Shown: positions 9,544-20,167 of the stretch, piece by piece
Layout of the letters: each line of letters starts with the position of its first letter
How positions within the stretch are numbered: the stretch's first letter is position 1
From: an uncultured virus (IMG/VR IMGVR_UViG_3300027708_002678)
Lineage: Duplodnaviria; Heunggongvirae; Uroviricota; Caudoviricetes
IMG/VR virus record: IMGVR_UViG_3300027708_002678
Reading direction: 5' to 3' (one strand)
Length of the DNA: 64,000 nt
The notes under the pieces: generated by a model
What the model was told of the DNA's origin: nothing
Databases searched by the model: none
Seen by the model: only the letters and a program-made list of their open reading frames with translations
Program-made: the position numbers and the translations under genes

Positions 9544-10377
9544 ATGGAAACAATAATTTACACATTAAGTAATGAATATGGTATAAGATATATTGGTAAA
9601 ACTATAAATCTTAAAAAAAGATATGATTCACATATAAATGAATCCTCATTAAAAAGAACACATAAAGAAAAATGGATTAATAAAACATTAACTAATGGTG
9701 GAAAAATTATTATGGAAATTTTAGACATTTGCGACGAAAAAGAATCTGATTTTATAGAAATTTATTGGATTTCACAATTCAAAACTTGGGGGTTTAATTT
9801 AGTTAATTTAACTTCCGGTGGAGATGGTGGGTCTTCAATGAAGGGAAGAAAACTTTCTGACGAAACAAAATTAAAAATGTCTGAATCGGCTAAAAATAGA
9901 GGTCTTACAATTGGTGGGTGGAATAAAGGGATTAAAATGTCCGATGATTTCAGGAAAAAAATTAGTCAAATTAGTAAAGGTCGGATTGTTAGTAATGAAA
10001 CCAAACAAAAAATTAGTGAATCGAATAAAGGAAAAAAAAAGAAACCAATGTCGGATGAAACTAAATTAAAAATTTCTGAAAAAAAGAAAGGGTTAGTATC
10101 ACCTAATAAAGGAAACAAATATAGTGATGAGAGAAAATTACAAATGTCGTTATCTAGATTAGGTATTAAACGAAATGATAATGTTAAAAAAATACTCTCT
10201 GAATGTAAAAAAATTATTTGGGTAATAAAAACCCCTAATGGTGAAATAGTTGAATTTTTAGGATATAATTCTTTTAAGAAATTTGTGTTAGATAACTCTT
10301 TAAATGTTAGTGTTACAACTTTAAAGGCTTATGGAAAAAATAAAGGATGGGAAATAATTAATAAAATAAAAAAATGA
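9544..10377 (+). CDS. GIY-YIG homing endonuclease with NUMOD3-type repeats
   Basis: IIYTL...RYIGKT, NLTSGGDG, and repeated (M/L)SDETK.K(M/I)SE motifs. Confidence 0.85.
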   Translation: METIIYTLSNEYGIRYIGKTINLKKRYDSHINESSLKRTHKEKWINKTLTNGGKIIMEILDICDEKESDFIEIYWISQFKTWGFNLVNLTSGGDGGSSMKGRKLSDETKLKMSESAKNRGLTIGGWNKGIKMSDDFRKKISQISKGRIVSNETKQKISESNKGKKKKPMSDETKLKISEKKKGLVSPNKGNKYSDERKLQMSLSRLGIKRNDNVKKILSECKKIIWVIKTPNGEIVEFLGYNSFKKFVLDNSLNVSVTTLKAYGKNKGWEIINKIKK

Positions 10378-11075
10378 TAAAAATACCCTTAACAAAAATA
10401 TTGTTTCTTGATATAGAAACTGTTGGTGGATGTAAAAACTACACAGAGTGTCAAGTTAGTAATCCAAATGTTGCAAAACAATTTGAAAAATATTTTGATT
10501 GGTTCCAAAAACGATTCCCGGAAGATGCCGGATTTTCTGCCGATAAAGTTTTTGAAACAAGAGCGGCATTAGTTCCTGAATTTGCCAAAATTGTTTGTGT
10601 TAGTGTTGCCTTTGTAATGGACAATGGAGAGATTAAAAAACAATCATTCTCAGGTGACGATGAACGAGCGTTATTAAAAGATTGTCAATCATTACTTAAT
10701 CGTTGTGGTAAATTAGATTTTTATCTATGTGGTCATAACCTTAAAAATTTTGACATACCAATGTTGGCAAAACGAATGATTATCAACGGATTAATGCCTC
10801 CAACACTTTTACCGTCATACGATACTAAGCCGTGGGAAATTAAAGCTATTGATACTAAAGAAATTTGGCAATACGGTGCTTATACCGCAATTGGTTCATT
10901 AGATTTAATGTGTTCTTGTATGGAGGTTCCATCTCCAAAAGAAGGTGATGTTACCGGAGACAAAGTTCACGACGCATATTGGAATCAAAATATGTTACCA
11001 GAAATTACGGCATATTGTGAACGTGATGTATTAGTATTGATTGATGTTATAAAAAAATTAAAAGAATTAGAATAA
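10374..11075 (+). CDS. PolB-related 3'-5' exonuclease (DEDD/RNase H-like)
   Basis: ExoI-III motifs: FLDIETV, GHNLKNFDIP, YCERDV. Confidence 0.8.
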   Translation: MIKIPLTKILFLDIETVGGCKNYTECQVSNPNVAKQFEKYFDWFQKRFPEDAGFSADKVFETRAALVPEFAKIVCVSVAFVMDNGEIKKQSFSGDDERALLKDCQSLLNRCGKLDFYLCGHNLKNFDIPMLAKRMIINGLMPPTLLPSYDTKPWEIKAIDTKEIWQYGAYTAIGSLDLMCSCMEVPSPKEGDVTGDKVHDAYWNQNMLPEITAYCERDVLVLIDVIKKLKELE

Positions 11076-11677
11076 TGAATAATTTTGAAGAGTTAGCAAA
11101 ATTAAGAGATAAATTACTTAATTTACAAGAAACTTTTTCATCTGAAACAGGTGAAATAAATTACGACGACATTTTAAATGAAATGGACGTTGATTTAAAA
11201 CAACTTGAACAAGAAATTGTTGAAAGTAATACTAAATTAGATTTACCTTACCAAATACTTCATCCGGACGCTGTTCACCCAAAATACAATTACGATAGTG
11301 ATTCAGGGTTTGATTTATATTCAACAGAAGATGTTGTAATACCCCCATTTGGTAGAGCATTAGTTCCAAGTGGATTAGCCTTCGATATTAGAGATGGTTT
11401 TGAAATTCAAGTAAGAACAAAAAGTGGTTTAGCTATTAATCAAGGTCTTATGGTTTTAAACTCACCGGGAACCGTAGATAATGGATACACAGGAGAAGTT
11501 AAAGGAATTATATTCAACACAAACCCTACAGAAGTTACAATCCCAAAAGGTATGAAATTTGGTCAAGCAGTTTTATGTCCTGTTGTAAATGGTGCTTGGG
11601 TTGATTTAAATCAAACCACAAAAATAAATAAAAAAGAACGAGGAACTAACGGATTTGGTTCTACAGGTATAATATGA
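11075..11677 (+). CDS. dut: Trimeric dUTPase with an N-terminal extension
   Basis: DSGFDL, RTKSGLA, GTVDNGYTGE, RGTNGFGSTG. Confidence 0.92.
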   Translation: MNNFEELAKLRDKLLNLQETFSSETGEINYDDILNEMDVDLKQLEQEIVESNTKLDLPYQILHPDAVHPKYNYDSDSGFDLYSTEDVVIPPFGRALVPSGLAFDIRDGFEIQVRTKSGLAINQGLMVLNSPGTVDNGYTGEVKGIIFNTNPTEVTIPKGMKFGQAVLCPVVNGAWVDLNQTTKINKKERGTNGFGSTGII

Positions 11678-13068
11678 TTACAATAGTTTACTCAACACAT
11701 AAAGACGAAACTTATAATAACAAATTTAGACAACATTTGTTACAAACAGTTGGTTTAAAAAATGTTCAAATTTTAGAATATACTAACTATAATCAATATA
11801 GTTTAACTGAAGTTTATAACAAAGGTTTAAACGAATCAGTTAATGATATTGTTGTGTTTTGCCATAATGACATTATTTTTGAAAAAGAATATTGGGGTAA
11901 ACGAGTTTTAGAACATTTTACCAAAAAACCTGAATATGGTATTTTAGGTGTTGCCGGAACATCGTATTACCCTAGTTCCGGAAGATGGTGGGACATACAG
12001 GGTGAGATGATTGGTCAAGTTTATCACCAACACGAAGGTAGAAAATGGTTATCTGAATATAATAAACCATTTGGTAATAAGGTAATAGATTCTATCATTG
12101 TTGATGGACTTTTCTTTGCAGTCAAAAAAAGTAATTTAAAAACTAATTTTGACGAATCATTTAGTGGATTTCATTTTTATGATACCTCATTTTGTATGAG
12201 CAATCATTTATTAGGAGTTAAAATTGGCACAATTTCAAATGTTCCATTAACACATCTTTCTATTGGTATGACTAATAATCAATGGGAACAGAATCGATTA
12301 TTATTTTTAGAAAAATACAAAGAAAGTTTACCTATTAAATTGGAGTCAAAATACCCTATAAGTAAAATTAACCCAAAATTACCTTTGGTTTCTATTATAA
12401 TACCAATCTATAATTATGGAATTCAATTTGAAAAGGCGTTACAATCAGTATTTAATTCTACTTACAAAAACATAGAGATTGTTATAGTCAATGATGGGTC
12501 CACCAATACTTATGTTAAATTAAAATTAGATAGTATTAAAGACCACCCAAATGTTAAAATTATCCATCAAGAAAATCAAGGACCATCTTCAGCAAGAAAT
12601 AATGGTATTAAAAATTCAACAGGGGATTTAATATTACCTTTAGATGCCGATGATATGGTTCAACCTGACTATATACAATTGTGTGTTAACATATTGAAAA
12701 ACAATAAAAACATAAGTCCGGTTTATTGTGATACTCATCATATTGGTCAAATTCAAGGTATTGAAGTAAGACCTGAATGGTCATTAGAAAGATTAAATAA
12801 AGGACCATTTATTGTTAATTGTTCTATGTTTCACCGAGAGGCATTTGATAAATGTGACGGATATGATGTTAAATTAAAAGGTTGGGAAGATTATGACTTA
12901 TGGCTTAGAATGGGAATTAATGGATATGTAGGTAAAAGAATACCTAAACCTTTATTTATATATTTTCATCACGAAATTGATGGGACAGTATCTTCCGAAG
13001 CAAATATCAACCAAATAGAATTACATAAAAAAATATTAAATAAAAATTACAACAATGACATTAGATGA
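11674..13068 (+). CDS. Two-domain glycosyltransferase (GT2-like + GT2)
   Basis: N-domain FCHNDI...DGLF...FHFYD; C-domain VSIIIPIYN...VNDGS...ARNNG...LDADD...EDYDLW. Confidence 0.88.
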   Translation: MITIVYSTHKDETYNNKFRQHLLQTVGLKNVQILEYTNYNQYSLTEVYNKGLNESVNDIVVFCHNDIIFEKEYWGKRVLEHFTKKPEYGILGVAGTSYYPSSGRWWDIQGEMIGQVYHQHEGRKWLSEYNKPFGNKVIDSIIVDGLFFAVKKSNLKTNFDESFSGFHFYDTSFCMSNHLLGVKIGTISNVPLTHLSIGMTNNQWEQNRLLFLEKYKESLPIKLESKYPISKINPKLPLVSIIIPIYNYGIQFEKALQSVFNSTYKNIEIVIVNDGSTNTYVKLKLDSIKDHPNVKIIHQENQGPSSARNNGIKNSTGDLILPLDADDMVQPDYIQLCVNILKNNKNISPVYCDTHHIGQIQGIEVRPEWSLERLNKGPFIVNCSMFHREAFDKCDGYDVKLKGWEDYDLWLRMGINGYVGKRIPKPLFIYFHHEIDGTVSSEANINQIELHKKILNKNYNNDIR

Positions 13069-13678
13069 TTTATCAAATAATATTTATGTTATTAACCTAA
13101 AACATCGTGTAGATAGGAAAAATCACATATTATCAGAATTAGAAAAAATAAAATGTAAAACATATAAACTAGTTGAAGGTGTTGATGGAAATGAATTAAC
13201 TAACACCACAAAATTAAGTAATGGTATGTTAGGACTTAACCATACATATCTAAAAATTTATGAAGAATGGTCTAAAGAAAAACACGATAATATATTGATA
13301 ATTGAGGATGATTGTGTTTTTTTAGATAACTTTAATAAAGATTTATTTTTATATATGACAAATATACCAAAAGATTGGGATATGATTTATTTTGGTGGTA
13401 ACCATAATTACCATATGGGGTCTAAAACTGAACAAGTAAATCCATATTGTATTAGATTAAATAACACTTATACCGCACATTGTGTGTTATTAAAAAATTA
13501 TGTTTTTGAAGAACTTATTCAAAACATAAAAGATATGACAATTGAAAATGATGTTATGATGTCTAATTTACAAAAAAACTATAATTCGTATTCTTCATCA
13601 AAAAATATGACGACACAAATGATTGGATTTTCTAATATTGAAAATAAATTTGTGGACTATAATTGGTTAATTAAGTAA
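13055..13678 (+). CDS. Glycosyltransferase family 25-like
   Basis: YVINLKHRVDR, ILIIEDD, WDMIYFG. Confidence 0.8.
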   Translation: MTLDDLSNNIYVINLKHRVDRKNHILSELEKIKCKTYKLVEGVDGNELTNTTKLSNGMLGLNHTYLKIYEEWSKEKHDNILIIEDDCVFLDNFNKDLFLYMTNIPKDWDMIYFGGNHNYHMGSKTEQVNPYCIRLNNTYTAHCVLLKNYVFEELIQNIKDMTIENDVMMSNLQKNYNSYSSSKNMTTQMIGFSNIENKFVDYNWLIK

Positions 13679-13679
13679 T

Positions 13680-14504
13680 ATGAGTAATATAATATCTACA
13701 GCCTATCTAATGGGGGGTTTAGGAAATCAAATGTTTCAAATTTCCCACGCATTTGCACAATCGTTAAAAAATAATGTTAGACCTGTTTTTAGAAAATGGG
13801 CGTACACTCCAATGCAAGCAAATCAACCAACAAAATATTTAGAAAATATTTATAGAAATTTAAAATTTACAGATGATGATATTAGTGTTTTAAGAATTTA
13901 TGAAAATTCTTGGAATGAAGCCAATTTAAATTTTGAATTTAATACTAATGTTGAGTTTTATGGTTACTATCAGAGTAGTAAGAATTTTTTTGATTATGGT
14001 GAAATTATAAAAAAATTATTTGAACCATCTGAACATTTTTTAAATAAAATACATAGTAAGTATCATTCTTTTGAAAATAGTATTGCAATACACATAAGAC
14101 GAGGTGATTATTTATCCATATCACACGTATTACCAGTAATCGATAAATCTTATATTGACCATTGTCTGTCTAAATTTAACAATTATTCTAAAATATATAT
14201 TTTTACTGACGATAAGGAATGGGCAAAAAATAATTTAAAATATGAAAATTCAATTATTGTTGATGATTTAGATGACTATGAAGAAATGTGGATGATTAGT
14301 TTATGTGAAAATATAATAATGTCAAACTCTACATTTTCTTGGTGGGGAGCGTATCTTTACAAAGAAAAAAATAAAATATTTTGCCCATCATTATGGTTTG
14401 GACCTTCCGGTGAAAATCCACACTTTAATATTTTTGAAAAAAAATGGGATATAATAAATGTAAAATATAATAACGGATTATTAATATATGATGAGAAAAT
14501 TTAA
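13680..14504 (+). CDS. Alpha-1,2-fucosyltransferase-like (GT11)
   Basis: GGLGNQMFQ, GYYQS, HIRRGDY, NSTFSWWGAYL. Confidence 0.9.
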   Translation: MSNIISTAYLMGGLGNQMFQISHAFAQSLKNNVRPVFRKWAYTPMQANQPTKYLENIYRNLKFTDDDISVLRIYENSWNEANLNFEFNTNVEFYGYYQSSKNFFDYGEIIKKLFEPSEHFLNKIHSKYHSFENSIAIHIRRGDYLSISHVLPVIDKSYIDHCLSKFNNYSKIYIFTDDKEWAKNNLKYENSIIVDDLDDYEEMWMISLCENIIMSNSTFSWWGAYLYKEKNKIFCPSLWFGPSGENPHFNIFEKKWDIINVKYNNGLLIYDEKI

Positions 14505-15297
14505 TATGATTTCAGGCGCGTTTGCCCACGACGTTGGGTGTACCGTAAATAAAAAACCAACTTTTTGGGAATGGGATTTTAGTACACAAGATAGTGACAT
14601 TAGTTTTTATTTGGATGGGGATATTCAAAGAGGGTTTAATGACGCGAATAATGGTAAGAAAAAATATTTGTGGACATTAGAATCACCCCAATTTAATAGT
14701 GACGTATTTAACACAATTAAAAATAATTTAGATAAAACACTTTCAACTTTTGAAATGATTTTTACGTATAATGATGAGTTATTATCTTTAAACGAAAAAT
14801 TTAAAAGAGTTCCTGCTATGGGGTCTTGGATAAAAGAACCAAAAATACACGAGAAATCTAAATTAATGTCAATGATTGTGTCAAACAAACAATGGTCTTC
14901 TCAACAATCTTTTAGATTTAACTTTGCCCAAGATAATAAAGATAAGTTTGATTTATTTGGTAGAGGTATAAATGAAATACCTCAAAAAGAAGATGGGCTA
15001 GTAAACTATATGTTTTCAATCTGTTCTGAAAATGACACATTTGACACTTATTTTACAGAAAAAATCTTAGATTGTTTTGCCACAGGGACTATTCCAATTT
15101 ATTTGGGGACAAAAAAAATTACAAATTTTTTTGATGAAAACGGAATACTATTTTTAGATGATATAGATTTAAATACCATAAATGAGGAATTATATTACTC
15201 AAAAATAGAAAGCGTAAAAAACAACTTCAATTTAGTCCAACAATATTTGTGTCCTGAAGACTTCATTGCTAAAAACTATATTTCAGATATCATATGA
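14488..15297 (+). CDS. GT10-like (alpha-1,3-fucosyltransferase-like) glycosyltransferase
   Basis: YMFSICSEN...YFTEKILDCF...IPIYLG resembles the GT10 donor motif. Confidence 0.7.
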   Translation: MMRKFNMISGAFAHDVGCTVNKKPTFWEWDFSTQDSDISFYLDGDIQRGFNDANNGKKKYLWTLESPQFNSDVFNTIKNNLDKTLSTFEMIFTYNDELLSLNEKFKRVPAMGSWIKEPKIHEKSKLMSMIVSNKQWSSQQSFRFNFAQDNKDKFDLFGRGINEIPQKEDGLVNYMFSICSENDTFDTYFTEKILDCFATGTIPIYLGTKKITNFFDENGILFLDDIDLNTINEELYYSKIESVKNNFNLVQQYLCPEDFIAKNYISDII

Positions 15298-16691
15298 GAA
15301 AAGTAATATCATTTTCATTATTCGGAAATGACCCACTATATAATATTGGGATAATTAGAAATTCCGAATTAAAAAAAATTTTTTTCGTAGATTGGGAAAT
15401 GTGGGTTTATTACGATAACACAGTACCAGAAAGTACAATAGAAACTTTAAAAAATAATGGTGTAAAATTGTTGTTATCTAATGGAATGTCATTTGAAAGG
15501 AGTATGTGGAGATTTCAACCGGCATCCGATAAAAATATTGACTATTTTATTTCTAGAGATGCGGATTCTAGAATCTCAAAAAGAGATGAGGTGTCAGTAA
15601 ATGAGTGGATTTTATCCGGAAAAGACTTTCACATTATTAGAGACCATCCGGTAGGTCATAATTGGTTTATGAATGCAGGTATGTGGGGATGTAAAGGTGG
15701 GTCCGTTACTGATATATTTTCTTTATACAAATCCTATATAAATAATTATAATGTTTATGACAAATATGTTGACCAACATTTTTTAAGAAATGTTATATAC
15801 CCTATTTGTCAAAATTCATTATTTTCTCACGACGAATATTTTAACTACGAACCATTTGCCGAAAAAATTAAAAGAGATAGACAAATTGATAATTTCGCAT
15901 TTATTGGTGAGTCTATAGATATTAATGATGAATCAAGATATACAAGTCAACCCGGTGACCAAAGAGTAACAATTATTGAAAGATATAATAAAAATCCAAA
16001 TCATATGGATTTCACTTTTGGTATTATCACTGATGGGAATAGTTGTCAATTTGTTCAAAATCAAATTGATAGTATTAAAAAACAAAATATTTTAAATTAT
16101 GAAATTATTATTGTCGGAAATTGTGATATACCAACAGATAAAAATGTAACTATAATTAATTTTGATGAAAATCAAAAAAATTCTTGGATTACTAAAAAGA
16201 AAAATTTAATAACCTATAATGCAAATTATGAAAATATTGTATTTTCTCACGACTATTTTGTATTTGAAGACGGTTGGTATGAAGGTCAACTTTTATCAGG
16301 TAATGATTTTGAAATTAGAATTGATAAAATTGTAAATTCTGACAATACTAGATATCGAGATTGGGTTTTATGGACAGGAGATAATGATGAACTTCATTCA
16401 ATAGTTAAAGAAAATGCAATCCTCCCATATGATGTAAATTATATGTCAAAACACCAATATATTTCAGGTGGATATTGGATTTCAAAAAAACATATTATGG
16501 AAGAATTCCCATTAAATGAAACACTTTCTTGGGGTGAATCCGAAGATGTTGAATGGTCTAAAAGAGTTAGAGACAAATATAAATTTACTATGAATCAAAA
16601 TTCTACAGTAAAATTATCAAAATATAAAAATAGGGTTTTTGAAATTATGAACGATTCTATTTTATTAAACTTACAAAAAACATACTTATGA
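15294..16691 (+). CDS. Two-domain glycosylation protein (GT-A-like N-domain + GT2-like C-domain)
   Basis: VISFSLFG...WRF...SRDADSR...RDHP, then FGIIT...HDY...WGESEDVEWS. Confidence 0.6.
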   Translation: MRKVISFSLFGNDPLYNIGIIRNSELKKIFFVDWEMWVYYDNTVPESTIETLKNNGVKLLLSNGMSFERSMWRFQPASDKNIDYFISRDADSRISKRDEVSVNEWILSGKDFHIIRDHPVGHNWFMNAGMWGCKGGSVTDIFSLYKSYINNYNVYDKYVDQHFLRNVIYPICQNSLFSHDEYFNYEPFAEKIKRDRQIDNFAFIGESIDINDESRYTSQPGDQRVTIIERYNKNPNHMDFTFGIITDGNSCQFVQNQIDSIKKQNILNYEIIIVGNCDIPTDKNVTIINFDENQKNSWITKKKNLITYNANYENIVFSHDYFVFEDGWYEGQLLSGNDFEIRIDKIVNSDNTRYRDWVLWTGDNDELHSIVKENAILPYDVNYMSKHQYISGGYWISKKHIMEEFPLNETLSWGESEDVEWSKRVRDKYKFTMNQNSTVKLSKYKNRVFEIMNDSILLNLQKTYL

Positions 16692-18046
16692 AACTTATAA
16701 TTTTTGATTTAGATGGTGTTTTAATCGATACTAAAAATATTCATTACGAATCTTTAAACTTAGCATTATTAGAGATTGACCAAAAATATAAAATAACGAT
16801 TGACGAACATTTAAAAAAATATGATGGATTAAAAACAAACCAAAAATTAAATATGTTAACTCAAGAAAAAGGGTTACCTCAATCATTACATAAACAAATA
16901 TGGAACCGTAAACAAGAACTAACTTTAACTATGTTAGAAGATATTCAAGTAAATGATGATATATTGAATTGTTTAAAAAGTTTATCAAAAAATTATAAAT
17001 TAGTTTGTTGTTCAAACAGTATTAGAAAAACTATTTTTGTGATATTAAATAGATTGAAAATAATTGAGTATTTTGATTTAATAATATCTAACGAAGACGT
17101 TGTTAATAGTAAACCTCATCCTGAAATGTACTGGAAAGCTATGGCGTGTTTTGGTTTTACTCCGGAAGAAACTTTAATAATTGAAGATTCCCCACACGGG
17201 TTATTAGCGGCGAATAGAGCAAATACAAACATTTTAAGAGTTGATAATTCTAAACAAATAACACTTGAAAATATTACAAATAAACTTAATAAAATAACAA
17301 ACAATAATATGAAAATACCTAAATGGAAAAACGAAAAATTAAATGTCTTAATACCAATGGCTGGTGCTGGAAGTAGGTTTGAATCAGCGGGTTATACATT
17401 TCCAAAACCATTAATAGATGTTAATGGTAAACCAATGATTCAGGTTGTTGTTGATAATTTAAATATTGAAGCAAATTACATTTATGTGGTTCAAAAAAAA
17501 CATAGAGAGAAATATAATTTGGACACATTATTAAATTTAATAACTCCAAATTGTAAAATTGTAGAGGTTGATGTTTTAACTGAGGGTGCTGCTTGTACCG
17601 CATTATTAGCGAAAGATTACATAAATAATGATTATCCATTATTCTTTGCTAATTCAGACCAATATGTTGAATGGGACTCAAATGAGTTTATGTACAAAAT
17701 GACCGAAAGTGAGTGTGATGGAGGTATAGTTACGTTTAAATCTATTCACCCTAAATGGTCTTTTGTTAAAACAGATATAAATGGTTTTGCAACATCTGTG
17801 GCAGAAAAAAATCCAATATCAGATGACGCAACTGTTGGGTATTATTATTGGAAAAATGGTTCTGATTTTGTTAAATACGCAGAAAAAATGATTTCAGATA
17901 ATAAAAGAGTTAATAATGAATTTTATGTTTGTCCGGTTTTTAATGAAGCAATATCTGACGGTAAAAAAATAAAAATTTTTGAATCAAAAAAAATGTGGGG
18001 ATTAGGAACTCCTGAAGATTTAAAAACATATTTAGAAAATTTTTAA
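16688..18046 (+). CDS. HAD phosphatase fused to a sugar nucleotidyltransferase-like domain
   Basis: FDLDGVL...KPHP...IEDS (HAD), then LIPMAGAGSRF...PKPLI...EKNPIS...LGTPEDL (NTP transferase). Confidence 0.85.
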   Translation: MKLIIFDLDGVLIDTKNIHYESLNLALLEIDQKYKITIDEHLKKYDGLKTNQKLNMLTQEKGLPQSLHKQIWNRKQELTLTMLEDIQVNDDILNCLKSLSKNYKLVCCSNSIRKTIFVILNRLKIIEYFDLIISNEDVVNSKPHPEMYWKAMACFGFTPEETLIIEDSPHGLLAANRANTNILRVDNSKQITLENITNKLNKITNNNMKIPKWKNEKLNVLIPMAGAGSRFESAGYTFPKPLIDVNGKPMIQVVVDNLNIEANYIYVVQKKHREKYNLDTLLNLITPNCKIVEVDVLTEGAACTALLAKDYINNDYPLFFANSDQYVEWDSNEFMYKMTESECDGGIVTFKSIHPKWSFVKTDINGFATSVAEKNPISDDATVGYYYWKNGSDFVKYAEKMISDNKRVNNEFYVCPVFNEAISDGKKIKIFESKKMWGLGTPEDLKTYLENF

Positions 18047-18049
18047 AAA

Positions 18050-18829
18050 ATGATAGAAAATTATGAATTAAGACCGTTAAATTTTATAGAATTTGAACCT
18101 AAAATTAAATCTAATAAAAAATTTATCAATAATGTAACACAATCTGACTATTCTGCAGGAATATATGGACATTATTGGACATTTGATTTTGTAAAAGTGA
18201 TTTCAGATTTTATAGATTTTGAAGATATTAAAATAATTTTTGATGTGGGTAGTAGAGATTGTCTACAAAGTCAAGAATTTTATAAATTTTTCCCTCAATC
18301 ACACATATGGGCGTTTGAAGGTAACCCAAATTTATTTCCAATATGTGAATTAAACTCTCAGAATTATCCTATTACATTTGTACCCAAAGCATTGACAAAT
18401 TATAATGGGACGACTATTTTTAATGTTGTTGATGATGAAAATGTTGGAGCATCTTCTCTATTAAAAACAACGGATATTGGTAGGTCATCAGAATGGAAAC
18501 AAAGAGAAGTAACGGTTGATTGTGTTAGATTAGACACTTTTATGGAAGATAATAATATACCACATATCGATTTACTTTGGGTTGATGTACAAGGAGCCGA
18601 AAAAATTGTTTTTGATGGGTTAGGAGATAAATTAAAAAATGTGAAAGCAATAAACACAGAAATAGGTTTACAACCATTATATCACAACTCAACAGAAGCT
18701 GAGGAATTTAATAACTATATGATTGAAAATGGGTTTATAAATTTAAAATCATATTATATGGATTCAGTTTTTGATAGAAATGATGAAATGGAGATAATTT
18801 ATTTAAACAAAAAATATTTAAAAAAATAA
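18050..18829 (+). CDS. FkbM-family methyltransferase
   Basis: FDVGS, AFEGNP, RLDTF...IDLLWVDVQGAE. Confidence 0.85.
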   Translation: MIENYELRPLNFIEFEPKIKSNKKFINNVTQSDYSAGIYGHYWTFDFVKVISDFIDFEDIKIIFDVGSRDCLQSQEFYKFFPQSHIWAFEGNPNLFPICELNSQNYPITFVPKALTNYNGTTIFNVVDDENVGASSLLKTTDIGRSSEWKQREVTVDCVRLDTFMEDNNIPHIDLLWVDVQGAEKIVFDGLGDKLKNVKAINTEIGLQPLYHNSTEAEEFNNYMIENGFINLKSYYMDSVFDRNDEMEIIYLNKKYLKK

Positions 18830-18831
18830 AA

Positions 18832-19476
18832 ATGATATACACTTTCGGAAATAGTCACGCTCATTTATTCACTGATTCAAAACCAGCAACATATGGTATT
18901 GGCGAAAATAAAAATAGTTCGTTTACAAGTATTTCACTCGGACCAACCATCGCATTCAATTTCTATGAACATCATTTTAGTAGATTAAAAGAATACTTAA
19001 ATAATTTACAATTTGATAAAGATAAAGATTTTATAATGTTAATAATTGGTGAAGTGGACTGTAGATGGCATTTACCGTACCAATCAAGTATTCAAAATCA
19101 ATCTAATGAGGAAATTGTTAAAGAATGTATTGATAGATTTTTTAGAGTGTACTTAGATTTAAAAAACTTAGGGTATAATTTGATTGGGTGGGGAGGACAC
19201 CCTTCAACAAGAAGAGGTCATAGTGATGATGCTTCCGAACCAATTTTTGGGGATTGTTTAACTAGAAACAAAATATCTTTAATGTGGAATAATCTTTTAA
19301 AATCAAAATGCGAAGAAGTCGGAATTCCCTTTATTAGTATTGTTGAAGAACTAATTGATGAGGATGGATTAACATACGAAAAATATTTTTTAGATTATTG
19401 TCATTTAAATCATAATATGAGTAAAGATTTAATTAAAAATAAATTTAAAGAAATTAATATATCTGTTTATGAGTAA
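18832..19476 (+). CDS. SGNH-hydrolase-like protein
   Basis: FGNSHA, GEVDCR, C-terminal DYCHL. Confidence 0.55.
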   Translation: MIYTFGNSHAHLFTDSKPATYGIGENKNSSFTSISLGPTIAFNFYEHHFSRLKEYLNNLQFDKDKDFIMLIIGEVDCRWHLPYQSSIQNQSNEEIVKECIDRFFRVYLDLKNLGYNLIGWGGHPSTRRGHSDDASEPIFGDCLTRNKISLMWNNLLKSKCEEVGIPFISIVEELIDEDGLTYEKYFLDYCHLNHNMSKDLIKNKFKEINISVYE

Positions 19477-20161
19477 TAAAAAAGTTTTTATAAAACATCA
19501 TTTGGGACTTGGGGACGCTATAGTACATAATGGGATGGTTAGAAAAATATTTGAAGAAAAAAATTGTGATATTTTTTTAGCGTCAAAATTTACTAACATA
19601 GATAATGTTAGGTTTATGTATAGAGACAATCCAAGAATAAATGTGGTAGGTGTAAACAATGACGATGAAATGAATCAATTAATTAATAATAATCAATATG
19701 ATGAGATTATATCGTCACATTTTGATACCGGTAGATTACGTTATGATTTAGATTTTGATGATTCTTTTTATAAAATTGTTGATATGGACCCAAATGTGAA
19801 AAAAGAATATTTTCACATAGAAAGGAATCAAAATAAAGAAAATGAAGTTTTTGATACATTAGTAACTAAAAAAGATATTGACCGATATATTTTCTTACAC
19901 GAAAAACCAACGGAAAACATTCTAATAGACAGAAATAAAATTAGAAATGATTTACCGATTATTTACGCCGATAAACAATTTAAAACTTTTGATTTATTAA
20001 AAATTATTGAAAATGCTGAAGAATGTCACATAATTAGTAGTTCATTTTTATCTCTTTTTATGTGTAAAAAGTATAACAAAAATGTATTTGCTCATATGTA
20101 CGCCGACAGAATAGAATTAAAAGATTACATTATAAAAAATAACATTCAAGTAATAATATAA
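19469..20161 (+). CDS. Putative glycosyltransferase
   Basis: HHLGLGDAI N-terminal motif, as seen in GT9-like proteins; cluster context. Confidence 0.45.
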   Translation: MSNKKVFIKHHLGLGDAIVHNGMVRKIFEEKNCDIFLASKFTNIDNVRFMYRDNPRINVVGVNNDDEMNQLINNNQYDEIISSHFDTGRLRYDLDFDDSFYKIVDMDPNVKKEYFHIERNQNKENEVFDTLVTKKDIDRYIFLHEKPTENILIDRNKIRNDLPIIYADKQFKTFDLLKIIENAEECHIISSSFLSLFMCKKYNKNVFAHMYADRIELKDYIIKNNIQVII

Positions 20162-20167
20162 CTAATT

